Origin: an uncultured archaeon
GTDB lineage: Archaea; Thermoplasmatota; Penumbrarchaeia; JASLWR01
NCBI GenBank assembly: GCA_964342815.1
Contig: CAYFHS010000004.1
Span: 104,333-168,332, forward strand
Direction: 5' to 3'
Length of the DNA: 64,000 bases
Shown here: piece after piece, positions 8,451 to 17,722 of the stretch
How the letters are laid out: every line of letters begins with the position of its first letter
Numbering within the stretch: position 1 is the first letter of the stretch
The notes under the pieces: generated by a model
The model's database searches: none
The model's input: only the letters and a program-made list of their open reading frames with translations
What the model was told of the DNA's origin: nothing
Made by a program: the position numbers and the translations under genes

Positions 8451-9422
8451 ATGGAGATCAAGGTCCCGCCGGGTATGGAGAAAGATACTTTTTTTATAGT
8501 ACGCTACGGTGAGCTGGGCCTGAAATCCGGCCCTGTTAAGAAACAATTTCTAAAGCAGCTCAGATCCAATGTGGAAACGATGTTCCTTGATGCCAACATT
8601 GACTGTTACCTGAATTTTACCCGCGGCAGACTGTATGCTTATCCCGAAGATATTGTAATAGGGTCAGACATCCTTGCGAAAACCTTCGGGGTGGTATCCA
8701 TTTCTCCAGGGATTTCTCTGGATACTTCCGATTTAGACGAGATAGCAGCGAAAGCGGTAGAATATTCTCATTGGCTTTTTGGGAAAGGTGATCGATTTGC
8801 GGTGAGAGCAAGACGAGTGGGCAATCACCCCTATACCTCGCAAGATGTAAATGTCAGGGTCGGTGCGGAGATATTAAAAAAAAATGCTGAGAAAGAGCTC
8901 ACCGTAAAGCTTCGCTCACCCGACAAGACCCTGTACATCGAGATAAGGGATAACACGGCGTTTTTCTATCATCAATCGATACCGGGACCCGGTGGACTGC
9001 CTCTGGGTGTCTCCGGAAGCTCAGTCTGTGCCGTGGGAAATGAAGGGAGCCTCCTTGCTGCATACCTGATGATGAAAAGAGGAAACCGACTGCACCTTTT
9101 CTACACTCCCCGGGTCTATAAGAAACCTCTGCCAAGAGAAGAGATATTATCCTATCTGGGTAGATTCATCCTCCGGCCGGTGATAGAAGAGTTGCCAGAG
9201 GCTTCCCCTGGAAATATTTTCAGCATACTGGATTCGAAGAGCTCCCAGTTGAGTTCCCGCGCCACAGTGCTCGGCTTCGATCTGGATCGCTTTACAGAAA
9301 TTCTCGAAGAATATGGGGTAAAACACACCGAGCACCCAGTATTTTACCCTATCATAGGTTTTTCTCGAGATATGATTCATGAAATGTTCATGGATACGCT
9401 GCATCGGAATACCGATAATTGA
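8451..9422 (+). CDS. THUMP-domain ThiI-like protein with a degenerate PP-loop
   Basis: IVRYGELGLKS, FGVVSISP, FAVRARRVGNH, GGLPLG...AAYLMMKRG. The SGGxDS motif is replaced by CAVGNEGS. Confidence 0.85.
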   Translation: MEIKVPPGMEKDTFFIVRYGELGLKSGPVKKQFLKQLRSNVETMFLDANIDCYLNFTRGRLYAYPEDIVIGSDILAKTFGVVSISPGISLDTSDLDEIAAKAVEYSHWLFGKGDRFAVRARRVGNHPYTSQDVNVRVGAEILKKNAEKELTVKLRSPDKTLYIEIRDNTAFFYHQSIPGPGGLPLGVSGSSVCAVGNEGSLLAAYLMMKRGNRLHLFYTPRVYKKPLPREEILSYLGRFILRPVIEELPEASPGNIFSILDSKSSQLSSRATVLGFDLDRFTEILEEYGVKHTEHPVFYPIIGFSRDMIHEMFMDTLHRNTDN

Positions 9423-9463
9423 TTTTCGAAAAATGAAAAGAAAAATTTGGAAGGCGATAAGCG

Positions 9464-10147
9464 ATGAAGGACGAAAAAAAATTAAATTTCAACGTCTTCA
9501 CGTACGTCTATCGAGGATTTGCGGCAAAAAAGTTCCGGCACGCCCTTACAGTTCTGGGACTTACTCTCGCCATAACCTTTCTCATACTTGTCCTGTCAAT
9601 GGCAAGAGGTTTTATGCTGGAGGTTGAAGGGGGATTGAATAGCACCATCGATGAAGAGGATGGAACCACCGTACCCGGTGTTGACGACGCAGGCAAGGAG
9701 GCAACCAAATTTGATCGGGAGGTGCAGAAGACCATTATCATGTGGCTTATTGTAACTTCAGCTTTCATAATTATAGCTTCAACGGCGATAATCTCGAATA
9801 CAATGTACCTTTCGGTGAGAGAAAGGCGGAAGGAGATCGGAATATTGAAGGCAGTTGGGCTCACTGATCTTCAGGTAGCAAAGATTTTTATTACCGAATC
9901 CATATGGTTGTGCGTGCTGGCATGGCTCATCGCTCTGTTCTCGGGGACCATCATATCAGGTAATATTTTCAACAATCTTTATGTAAAGGGCAGCAGTCCT
10001 CTGTTTTTCACTCCTGCGCGGGCAATGCCCGAGATACTTTTAATCGCCTTCTTAGTAACCGTGATAGTCGGCGCATTATCCGCACTCTATCCTGCCATGA
10101 AAGCTGCAAGAATGGATCCGGTTTCGGCAATATCCCCGGGCGAATAA
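9464..10147 (+). CDS. FtsX/MacB-like ABC permease with no large extracellular domain
   Basis: SNTMYLSVRERRKEIGILKAVG and YPAMKAARMDPV; four hydrophobic segments. Confidence 0.85.
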   Translation: MKDEKKLNFNVFTYVYRGFAAKKFRHALTVLGLTLAITFLILVLSMARGFMLEVEGGLNSTIDEEDGTTVPGVDDAGKEATKFDREVQKTIIMWLIVTSAFIIIASTAIISNTMYLSVRERRKEIGILKAVGLTDLQVAKIFITESIWLCVLAWLIALFSGTIISGNIFNNLYVKGSSPLFFTPARAMPEILLIAFLVTVIVGALSALYPAMKAARMDPVSAISPGE

Positions 10148-10237
10148 CTTATGTCACTGGTTGAATATTGAAAGTGCAATTTTGACCAAAACCGATAAGT
10201 AGAGTATTAATGATTCGCCCCTGATTGGATTTTTCTC

Positions 10238-10888
10238 ATGAATAATAACTGTATCAATAGAGTGGAGGAAAGGAAATTGGCCGATGATAGCAATACAAAA
10301 GCTTCTCCTGTTGGAAAGGACCGAAATAGTGATATTGATCCCGATTATAAGAAATTATCAAAGAAGGATCTGGTCAGCTTGCTCGCGGAAAGGGATCAAG
10401 AATTGGCCGTTCTGAATTCAAAATTAACGGCCTTTCATGAAAGCACGGAGATACTGAAGAACCAGCATCTCCGTTTGGAGGCGGATTTCATCAATTTCAG
10501 AAAACGGAATCTGAAAGAGCGGCAGGCACTCATTGCTAATGTTAAGGAGGACCTTATAATAAATTTACTCAATGTCAAGATGAACTTGGACCGGGCCTTT
10601 GCCCAGATAAAAGATTCCAAGGATATACTTGGTCTGAAGAAAGGGCTGGAAATGGTGGAGCTTCAATTGATCCAGTTCCTTGAATCCCAGGGAGTTCAAG
10701 AGATCTCCGGAGAGGGGATGTGCTTTGACCCGTCTTCACAGGAAGCGGTCAATAGGGTGGTGGACACGAATATCAAAGAAGATACAGTTCTAAAGATAGT
10801 GGAAAAGGGTTATTTGCTCAATGACAAGGTGATAATTCCCATGAAATGCATTGTATCGGTACCTCCCGACAATACGGATGATAACTGA
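10238..10888 (+). CDS. grpE: Nucleotide exchange factor GrpE
   Basis: RLEADFINFRKR, NLDRA, GLEMV, FDPSSQEAV, KGYLLNDKVI. Confidence 0.9.
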   Translation: MNNNCINRVEERKLADDSNTKASPVGKDRNSDIDPDYKKLSKKDLVSLLAERDQELAVLNSKLTAFHESTEILKNQHLRLEADFINFRKRNLKERQALIANVKEDLIINLLNVKMNLDRAFAQIKDSKDILGLKKGLEMVELQLIQFLESQGVQEISGEGMCFDPSSQEAVNRVVDTNIKEDTVLKIVEKGYLLNDKVIIPMKCIVSVPPDNTDDN

Positions 10889-10915
10889 GAAAATCAATAA
10901 CGGAGCACATTGGGT

Positions 10916-12097
10916 ATGACAAAACAGGACCTTTACGAGACCTTGGGCGTATCCCGGGATGCCGATGAGAGGGAAATTACCAAGGCTTACCGGAAACTTG
11001 CTATGAAATATCACCCGGATCGGAATCCGGGGAGCAAGGACGCCGAGGACAAGTTCAAAGAGGCCACGGAGGCTTACGAAGTACTGTCCAATGCGGATAA
11101 GAAGATGCAGTACGACACATATGGTTCAGTTAGTGATACTCCCGGTGGATTCGACATGCACATGGACATGGGGGATGCAATGAGCATTTTCAGAAGGGTT
11201 TTTCAAGATTTTGGTTTTGGATCCGGATTCAGCGGATTTTCCAGCATGGGTGATGATTTTTTTACCCCCTTCGGCCGCAGAAATGGGGGGAGAGGGCCCA
11301 GGGGGAGGGCTGCGGGGGAGAACGGCAGCGATATTATAACGGATATTGCAATTGATCTTAAAGAGGCGGCGGCAGGCATCGCGAAGACCATAGAGATCGA
11401 TGCAAAGACGAAGTGTCCTACATGCAACGGGAGTCGTATGGCGGAGGGTGGTGAAATGGTGGTTTGCCAGGATTGCGGTGGGACCGGCCAGGTCAAGGAA
11501 GTAAAGAGAACACTTTTCGGTCAGATCATAAATATCGCGGCTTGTCCCGAATGCAGGGGAGACGGCGAGATCATCAAAGGTAAGTGCCGCCAATGCAAGG
11601 GTAAGGGCCGTGTTCATAAGAATCGAAGGATATCCATAGACATACCTGCCGGCGTATCCGACCACTCCAGTCTGCGCCTCAAAGGTAAGGGGAACGATGG
11701 ATTGAACAACGGACGGGGCGGTGACCTGTATGTGGTGGTCAGGATTCCCGAACACGATTTCTTTAAAAGGAACGGGGATGACATAGCTGTTGAGATACCT
11801 ATTACCTTGGGCCAAGCGCTGCTCGGCGACACGATAGTGATACCCACGATCCTGGGGGATGAGAAATTCAAAATAAAACCGGGGACCGAACCAGATTCCG
11901 TGATCACATTGAAGGGGAAAGGCATGCCAAGTTTGAGCGGGAGGGGCCGGGGAGATCAGTATGTACGTTTTTTCTACATTTTACCGGATAAGTTGAATTC
12001 CAAACAGAAAAAATTGGCAAAACAATGGTTCGCTATTGAAAAAAAGGAACGGGCGGCCATTCGTGAAACGTTGAAGAAAAGGGCAAAAGGTAGTTGA
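10916..12097 (+). CDS. dnaJ: Chaperone DnaJ (class A)
   Basis: J-domain with HPD, G/F-rich region, four CxxCxGxG repeats, GDLYV C-terminal domain. Confidence 0.96.
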   Translation: MTKQDLYETLGVSRDADEREITKAYRKLAMKYHPDRNPGSKDAEDKFKEATEAYEVLSNADKKMQYDTYGSVSDTPGGFDMHMDMGDAMSIFRRVFQDFGFGSGFSGFSSMGDDFFTPFGRRNGGRGPRGRAAGENGSDIITDIAIDLKEAAAGIAKTIEIDAKTKCPTCNGSRMAEGGEMVVCQDCGGTGQVKEVKRTLFGQIINIAACPECRGDGEIIKGKCRQCKGKGRVHKNRRISIDIPAGVSDHSSLRLKGKGNDGLNNGRGGDLYVVVRIPEHDFFKRNGDDIAVEIPITLGQALLGDTIVIPTILGDEKFKIKPGTEPDSVITLKGKGMPSLSGRGRGDQYVRFFYILPDKLNSKQKKLAKQWFAIEKKERAAIRETLKKRAKGS

Positions 12098-12109
12098 TAG
12101 CTTGACACT

Positions 12110-13465
12110 TCAGTTCAACCAGGACATGTCGTCGTCTTTTCTTCCGTAGCGCCTGGACCCATGCCGATATTCGCCGCTGCTTCTTTTATTTCTTTTACCG
12201 TATGTTGACCTCGGTTTACGTTCTCTCTCCCTCCCCCTGCCGCTCCGGTCACGGTGCCCGGGCAGTTCGCCCTTCCTCCCGGACCTGGTTTTCCCAATAT
12301 GGTCACCTCTCTTTTCTTTCCTTTCTGACCTTTTATTATACTCTCGTTTACTCTCATTCCGCCTTTCACTTTGCCTATCTTTCTCCGATCGTCCTTCTCT
12401 TTCACCACGAGATCCATAACGGTCTTCGTCCTCCCACCCGCCGGTATCCCTGCCATATCGTCTTTCCTCACGATTTCCAGATCCGTAATTACTCCCCCAT
12501 GCGATTTCATCTTCATCGGACTCTCTCCGCCTATTCTTCCTTTTCCCGTCCTTCCGCCCTTTGCTTCTGTCGCGCGGCCTTTCATCGCCACTACCTCCCC
12601 ATGCGATATCGTCTTCACCTGCTTCCTCCCGCCCACGTCTTCTGCTGCGCGGCCTTTCATCGCCAACCTTCCCCCAGGAAATATCATTTTCATCCGGTTC
12701 TTCCTCCCATCCGGCAGTGTCGTCATCGTTTGACCCGCCCCATGAAATTTCACTATTGCTCTTAGACTCATGGTGACGTGAAGCACCGAAATCTCCGTTA
12801 CCATGGTTTCCCCGGCCGCGGCTGTCTTCCTCCCTCCTTTTCGATCTCTCTTCTTTGTGGATTTGCCTCATCATTCCCTTTATCTGGTCTGTTCCCCCCT
12901 TGTACAGAAGTGCACCTCCGCCAAAAACAACTATTGCCGCTATAATAATAATATACATTATAAGACCTGGTTCGAATATTTCTTTTGTCTCACTAACTGT
13001 GATATCTTTTGGTGCTGCGATCTCCACGGTACCATAGTCATCCGGCCCCAATGCATCCGACCGAGATACTCCTAGATAAACTGTTCCTTCAAGCAGCTGT
13101 GACGCCTGAACCACAATGGTATCATTTACTGCAGGTCTATATTTCTCCACAGGCAGCTCTTTCCAGGTTATGAGGTCGGTTGAACTCCACACTACAAGCT
13201 CGGAAACGTCCATACCTGCCGATTCGGAGATCCCCACTTCGATGACGAAATCACCTTTGGCCTTCATGGGGATGGATGTAATATTGAGAGGCCCCGCATT
13301 ATCGGCTCTTCTACCCATTGGATCTACAGCCTCATGTGGGTAAATCATATCCGCAGTTTCATCCGCATATTTCAACCCCAAGGGCTGTGAAAGTAAAATA
13401 ACAGCCAGTGCTGAAATGATGATAATGGCCATTTTCCAAGTGAATGTTTTTTCTCGACTCTGCAT
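12110..13465 (-). CDS. Bitopic membrane protein with a long charged, disordered C-terminal tail containing (D/E)I(S/A)WG repeats
   Basis: N-terminal and central hydrophobic helices; R/D/E/G-rich tail. ATG at 13465 follows GGGAGTGA. Confidence 0.75.
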   Translation of the reverse strand: MQSREKTFTWKMAIIIISALAVILLSQPLGLKYADETADMIYPHEAVDPMGRRADNAGPLNITSIPMKAKGDFVIEVGISESAGMDVSELVVWSSTDLITWKELPVEKYRPAVNDTIVVQASQLLEGTVYLGVSRSDALGPDDYGTVEIAAPKDITVSETKEIFEPGLIMYIIIIAAIVVFGGGALLYKGGTDQIKGMMRQIHKEERSKRREEDSRGRGNHGNGDFGASRHHESKSNSEISWGGSNDDDTAGWEEEPDENDISWGKVGDERPRSRRRGREEAGEDDIAWGGSGDERPRDRSKGRKDGKRKNRRRESDEDEIAWGSNYGSGNREERRYGRDTGGWEDEDRYGSRGEREGRSEKDRQSERRNESKREYNKRSERKEKRGDHIGKTRSGRKGELPGHRDRSGRGRERERKPRSTYGKRNKRSSGEYRHGSRRYGRKDDDMSWLN

Positions 13466-13469
13466 TTGT

Positions 13470-16400
13470 TCACTCCCCTTTTCCCGCGTCCAAACTGGGT
13501 CCCCCTGTGATTTCCTTATCTTTTTCCGAATCACTTTTTCTCTGCCTTTTCAATTGTAATTGCTGCCGTTTTCTATCCATGGATTCGGTTCTTCTTTGTA
13601 CTTCCCTTCTTCCCAGCCGCGATAAGAATACACCGCCAACCATGACGAGGGCCACAACGATTGAAACCGAACAGATCACTGTCCTAAGGTTGGATGGGTA
13701 TTCCACCTCGATCTCCATGGTGATCGTGTGGTTCAGGCTATTATTATCGGTGACTGTCAGGGTCACAATGTATTTTCCTTCCTTTTCGTAACTGAAATTC
13801 GCTATAGCCGTATCGGCATCCACATCGTTTGTCTTGTCCCCGTCCCCGTCCGAATCCACATTTGCATCGAAATCCCACCTGTAAGAGATGATCTCCCCGC
13901 CATCAACGGAAGATGTTGATGCATCGAACCTTACCATCTCTCCCGGCTCTGCATGCGCAGGAGCTTTGATAATCGCCTCTGGTCGGGATGGCTCTTTTGA
14001 GGGCTCTTCAGTAACGGTTATTGGAAGGTCCAGAGTTATTTTACCCTTTTCATATTCTCCGGTTATGAAAAGCTTGTGTTCACCTGTTTTTACGCTTTTA
14101 TCAATGAAAACAGTAATTTCAATGATTTCAGTAACACCATCCTCTACCACGGGATCCGTATCATCCATCGAGAGATAGGCACCGTCGAGACCGGTATAAT
14201 CGATGGAAACTGATACGGGCACATTGCCTGTGTTCTCAATGGAAATATTAAAATGAGCAGTTTCACTCTGTTTAATAAATAGTCTCGATAAATTGTCCAT
14301 TATTTCCATCGCAATTTCAATTCTGGGTTCGAATGAGACATTGATATCGAACTTCCATATACCGTTTATGCATTTCCCTTCCAGTGTGGGGGTGGTTGGA
14401 ATGACCTTCCAGTAATAGGTAGCGATATCACCAAGATCGGTCAATGGATACCATGTATTCCCGGTAGTGGCAACTTCGATGATGTTATCCGCCCTGGCCC
14501 CGAGATATATATGATAGGTGGTGTCCTCTCCGACGTTCTCAGACATCCATGTCAGGTTCACCTCCGTCTTATTTAGTGTTATACCATTAAGGGGTGCCTG
14601 TAATGTTACTTCGGGCACGCTGACTTCAGTGTCCACTGTAAAGGACCAGAAGTTTTCAGGAGTGGTGCCGAAGAGCTCACCGTCGAAAGCTTTTACGTAC
14701 CAGTAATAGGTGGTGGAATCCTCCAGTCCCTTTATGAGAATGTGGTTGAGCCTTATGTCACGGGTATGCAGGGCCGGGGGTTGTGTCTCTCCAAGGTAGA
14801 GGTCATAGGATATTTCGGACGGGTCGTTATCTATGTCACGGGGGGTCCAGGTGAAGTTCACATTCACCTCTCTCACTATTGAGCCGTCCTTGGGATGTGG
14901 AGCTTCGACCTCCGGGAGATCGTTCATCGGGGCGACTGTGACAGGGATCGTGATAATACCAGTTTCCATGGAGTGATTGTTCTGCTGGCGGGCAAATAAA
15001 TTGATTTCGGTTTTACCGTTAAAGTCCTTCGACGGAGTGATTGTGATCCTTGTGTCGTTGCCCACAGTTGCCGAAATATTATCATCGGAAGTGGAGAGTA
15101 TCAGTTCCAAGGTGTCTCCCTCGGCATCGAACAGGTAATCATCGAGAGAGAAATCGGTTGTATGCATGTTGTCCTCGACCAGGGAAAGTGCCGGAGGAAC
15201 TCTGGACCAGACCGGACCATCGTCCACATTTATTACGGAGATGTTTATGGGATCGGATGAGATGCTCAGACCGAACGAATTGGTGCAGTTGACAATGATT
15301 TCTACGTTCCCGGTCCAGTTAACGACCAGCTGAGCTATGTCAATCTTTGAACCGTTCAAAACCACGGTTATGTTAATGTTGTCCGAAATGGATTCCATGG
15401 CATATCTGGAGGGCCATCTCCCTGCATAAGTGTCGAAAAAATATTCTGCCAGATCGATAATATTGTCTTGCGGAGTGTCTTCTGTGACATTTATTAATGG
15501 AGGGAAATCCTTGAGCAGCTGAGGAGCAATGATCTCTCCGGAGGGTGTCCAGTTAACTCCCCATTCATGGAGGACCGGACTTCCCAAACCATCGGACAGG
15601 AATGAAGCTTTCAGGTAGATACGTCCGTGTTTGGCAGGATGAATGTCCCCTATGAAGATTGCCTCCGAGCCACCTGATGCCGTTTTCATTGTCAATATGT
15701 CTCCGGTGGTGTTGTCGTGCACCGTTATATTAATAAAATTTTCATCCGGGATTGAGGAGTTAATTCGCAAGGTATGCCAGAAATTGCCTTCCGGGAGTTC
15801 GACGGGGAGGGACACTACCGATGCGGGAATGCTCAGGTTTATTATTCTAACGTTTCCTGAGATCATGACATTGGTACTTTCACCTATTTTTTCATCCCGT
15901 ATAAAACTGTCTCTCCAGGTATTTTCCTTAATCCAGTCGACCCCCCACATCGTTAAACCTGGTGTCTCGCTACCATTACCTGATAGGGCCGCTCGAAGCC
16001 GAATTTTCTTGATTCCCATTACATTCAGACCAGTAAGGTCGATATTGTTGCCTGTCAATGCCAGGTAGCCTATGATTGTCGAATTGAACTCATTTTCCAC
16101 CGATATATTGACATAGGTATCGGAAGGTTCGGATTTATTAAGGGAGAGGTAAGACCAATACATATCATCGGGTAGGCTGAGAAGTGGAGAATGGATAATA
16201 CCAGAATTCCGAAAATTTTCAAACTGCCTCGCAATCTCCTGAGAACTCAGGGTACGATTCCAAACAGCAACCTCGTCGATCCGTCCTTCGAACCAATCCG
16301 AAAAAGAGGTCCCGTTCCATAAACATCCAATATGAAGAGAGTCCGCTATAGTGATATTGTCCGTGGTGTTATCGCTGATGTTTCCTTCCCTGATCCCGTC

Positions 16401-17210
16401 CACATAAAGGATTATCTGGTCCGCCGATGTATCTCTCACCAGTCCTACATGATGCCATTTCCCATCAACGACGTTGGTAACGCTATCTATCCTCCCGACC
16501 GTCGCATTGTCACCTACAAGTACTGTCACCTTGTGTGTAGCTTCCTCGTTTATGACCATGGCATAGCCCTGTGTTGTGTCTCCGAACCATCCCTTGGCAA
16601 ATATACTTTGATTAGTGGAATTGCTTGTATTGAACCAAGCGGTTACAGTAAATGAATCGTTCTGGTTGACATCAAAGCTTGAGGAATTCTCGAAGTGGAT
16701 TTGATCGTCAATCCCGTCGAACAACAGAGAACTGCCGAATTTCCCCTCTGTCCAATTGGCGCCACCGCTAACGTTCCCGTTGTTACCATTCGCAGTCCCG
16801 TCATGAGCTGTATCGCCGCTTGTCTCGTTTAAGTGCCACAATCCGCTGCAGTTGCGGTAGGGTATTATCTCATTCTCGGCAATTCTTAAAATCCCTTCTT
16901 CCAAGGATACGTTGGTACTGTATTTGATACTTCCATTATCCTGAAACTCATCGTACCATGAACCCCCGAAATCGTCATTTTCCAGTTCGGAACTCCTGGT
17001 TGTTTCCTTGAATTCCTCGACCTCCATCCCTTTTTTCATTCCGGCTTCAGATGCGTTATTTTCCATACTTACTGTCGGTGCACCGGCAGAGATCGCGTGG
17101 ACCTCAGCAATCCCGGTTGAGTTGGTAATGTGGGGAGAATTTGCTAAATGAAACCCCGAAAGAATCCGGGTCAGCACCAGAATGATTATCACGAGAGTAA
17201 TGCGTTTCAT
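13470..17210 (-). CDS. Large surface protein: LamG/concanavalin-like, Ig/cadherin-like and PKD domains with a C-terminal TM anchor
   Basis: Signal peptide; GLWHLNE...GKFGSSLLFDG...WHHVGLV...FEGRIDEVAVWNRTLS (LamG); VRFDASTS...YRWDFD...YIVTLTVTD (PKD); TM followed by a basic tail. Confidence 0.85.
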   Translation of the reverse strand: MKRITLVIIILVLTRILSGFHLANSPHITNSTGIAEVHAISAGAPTVSMENNASEAGMKKGMEVEEFKETTRSSELENDDFGGSWYDEFQDNGSIKYSTNVSLEEGILRIAENEIIPYRNCSGLWHLNETSGDTAHDGTANGNNGNVSGGANWTEGKFGSSLLFDGIDDQIHFENSSSFDVNQNDSFTVTAWFNTSNSTNQSIFAKGWFGDTTQGYAMVINEEATHKVTVLVGDNATVGRIDSVTNVVDGKWHHVGLVRDTSADQIILYVDGIREGNISDNTTDNITIADSLHIGCLWNGTSFSDWFEGRIDEVAVWNRTLSSQEIARQFENFRNSGIIHSPLLSLPDDMYWSYLSLNKSEPSDTYVNISVENEFNSTIIGYLALTGNNIDLTGLNVMGIKKIRLRAALSGNGSETPGLTMWGVDWIKENTWRDSFIRDEKIGESTNVMISGNVRIINLSIPASVVSLPVELPEGNFWHTLRINSSIPDENFINITVHDNTTGDILTMKTASGGSEAIFIGDIHPAKHGRIYLKASFLSDGLGSPVLHEWGVNWTPSGEIIAPQLLKDFPPLINVTEDTPQDNIIDLAEYFFDTYAGRWPSRYAMESISDNINITVVLNGSKIDIAQLVVNWTGNVEIIVNCTNSFGLSISSDPINISVINVDDGPVWSRVPPALSLVEDNMHTTDFSLDDYLFDAEGDTLELILSTSDDNISATVGNDTRITITPSKDFNGKTEINLFARQQNNHSMETGIITIPVTVAPMNDLPEVEAPHPKDGSIVREVNVNFTWTPRDIDNDPSEISYDLYLGETQPPALHTRDIRLNHILIKGLEDSTTYYWYVKAFDGELFGTTPENFWSFTVDTEVSVPEVTLQAPLNGITLNKTEVNLTWMSENVGEDTTYHIYLGARADNIIEVATTGNTWYPLTDLGDIATYYWKVIPTTPTLEGKCINGIWKFDINVSFEPRIEIAMEIMDNLSRLFIKQSETAHFNISIENTGNVPVSVSIDYTGLDGAYLSMDDTDPVVEDGVTEIIEITVFIDKSVKTGEHKLFITGEYEKGKITLDLPITVTEEPSKEPSRPEAIIKAPAHAEPGEMVRFDASTSSVDGGEIISYRWDFDANVDSDGDGDKTNDVDADTAIANFSYEKEGKYIVTLTVTDNNSLNHTITMEIEVEYPSNLRTVICSVSIVVALVMVGGVFLSRLGRREVQRRTESMDRKRQQLQLKRQRKSDSEKDKEITGGPSLDAGKGE

Positions 17211-17340
17211 ATTCCCGGCCTTTTTTCTTCCATATTGCAGAATATTGAAAGTTTTTTTTTAACGGAATGAAAACCACAAGATCATATTTCCAAGATAGCA
17301 GTAAGTTTATTTGTAATTATTTCCTAGAGTAGTATGTTAT

Positions 17341-17490
17341 TCAGAGGAATCGACCCCCTACGGATCTCGATTTCGCGAACATTGTCACAACTGGAAGCTT
17401 CAACACCCGGAGTAAACCTGTGGGTTTACGAGGGTGAAGTGAATTTACTAATTCACGACTCATTTTGTCGAGCTTCGCATTTATAACAAT
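17341..17490 (+). mobile_element. Structured non-coding repeat, family C long copy (150 bp), flanked by AT on both sides
   Basis: Shares 5' and 3' blocks with 24750-24840. Hairpins: GGAATCGA/TCGATTTC, CACCC..GTAAACC-TGTG-GGTTTAC..GGGTG, GTGAATT-TACT-AATTCAC, closed by GAAGCT/AGCTTC. Confidence 0.7.
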
Positions 17491-17545
17491 ATTCTACCTA
17501 TCAATGGATTTAATATTAAATAAATGTTATGTATTAAGCAAAATA

Positions 17546-17559
17546 GCGGTTATAACCGC
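17546..17559. promoter_or_regulatory. Perfect 14-bp palindrome, possible operator
   Basis: GCGGTTATAACCGC between divergent genes, about 165 bp upstream of the ATG at 17723. Confidence 0.3.
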
Positions 17560-17722
17560 CGTTTTCATACATGGGGGTTCGTATTATACGTCCATGTGGT
17601 AAAAAATCTCCGGTCTATTTCATTTTAATCGTGTATATTTCTCTTTAAAAAAGATAGATGAGTAAATTGCTATATACAAGCACAAATTATAAGAAACAAA
17701 TATTTAGACATGTGGTGGTTTG

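Noticed and set aside
12115-13075. Overlapping alternative ORFs on both strands
   Set aside because: They are by-products of the low-complexity tail of 12110-13465.
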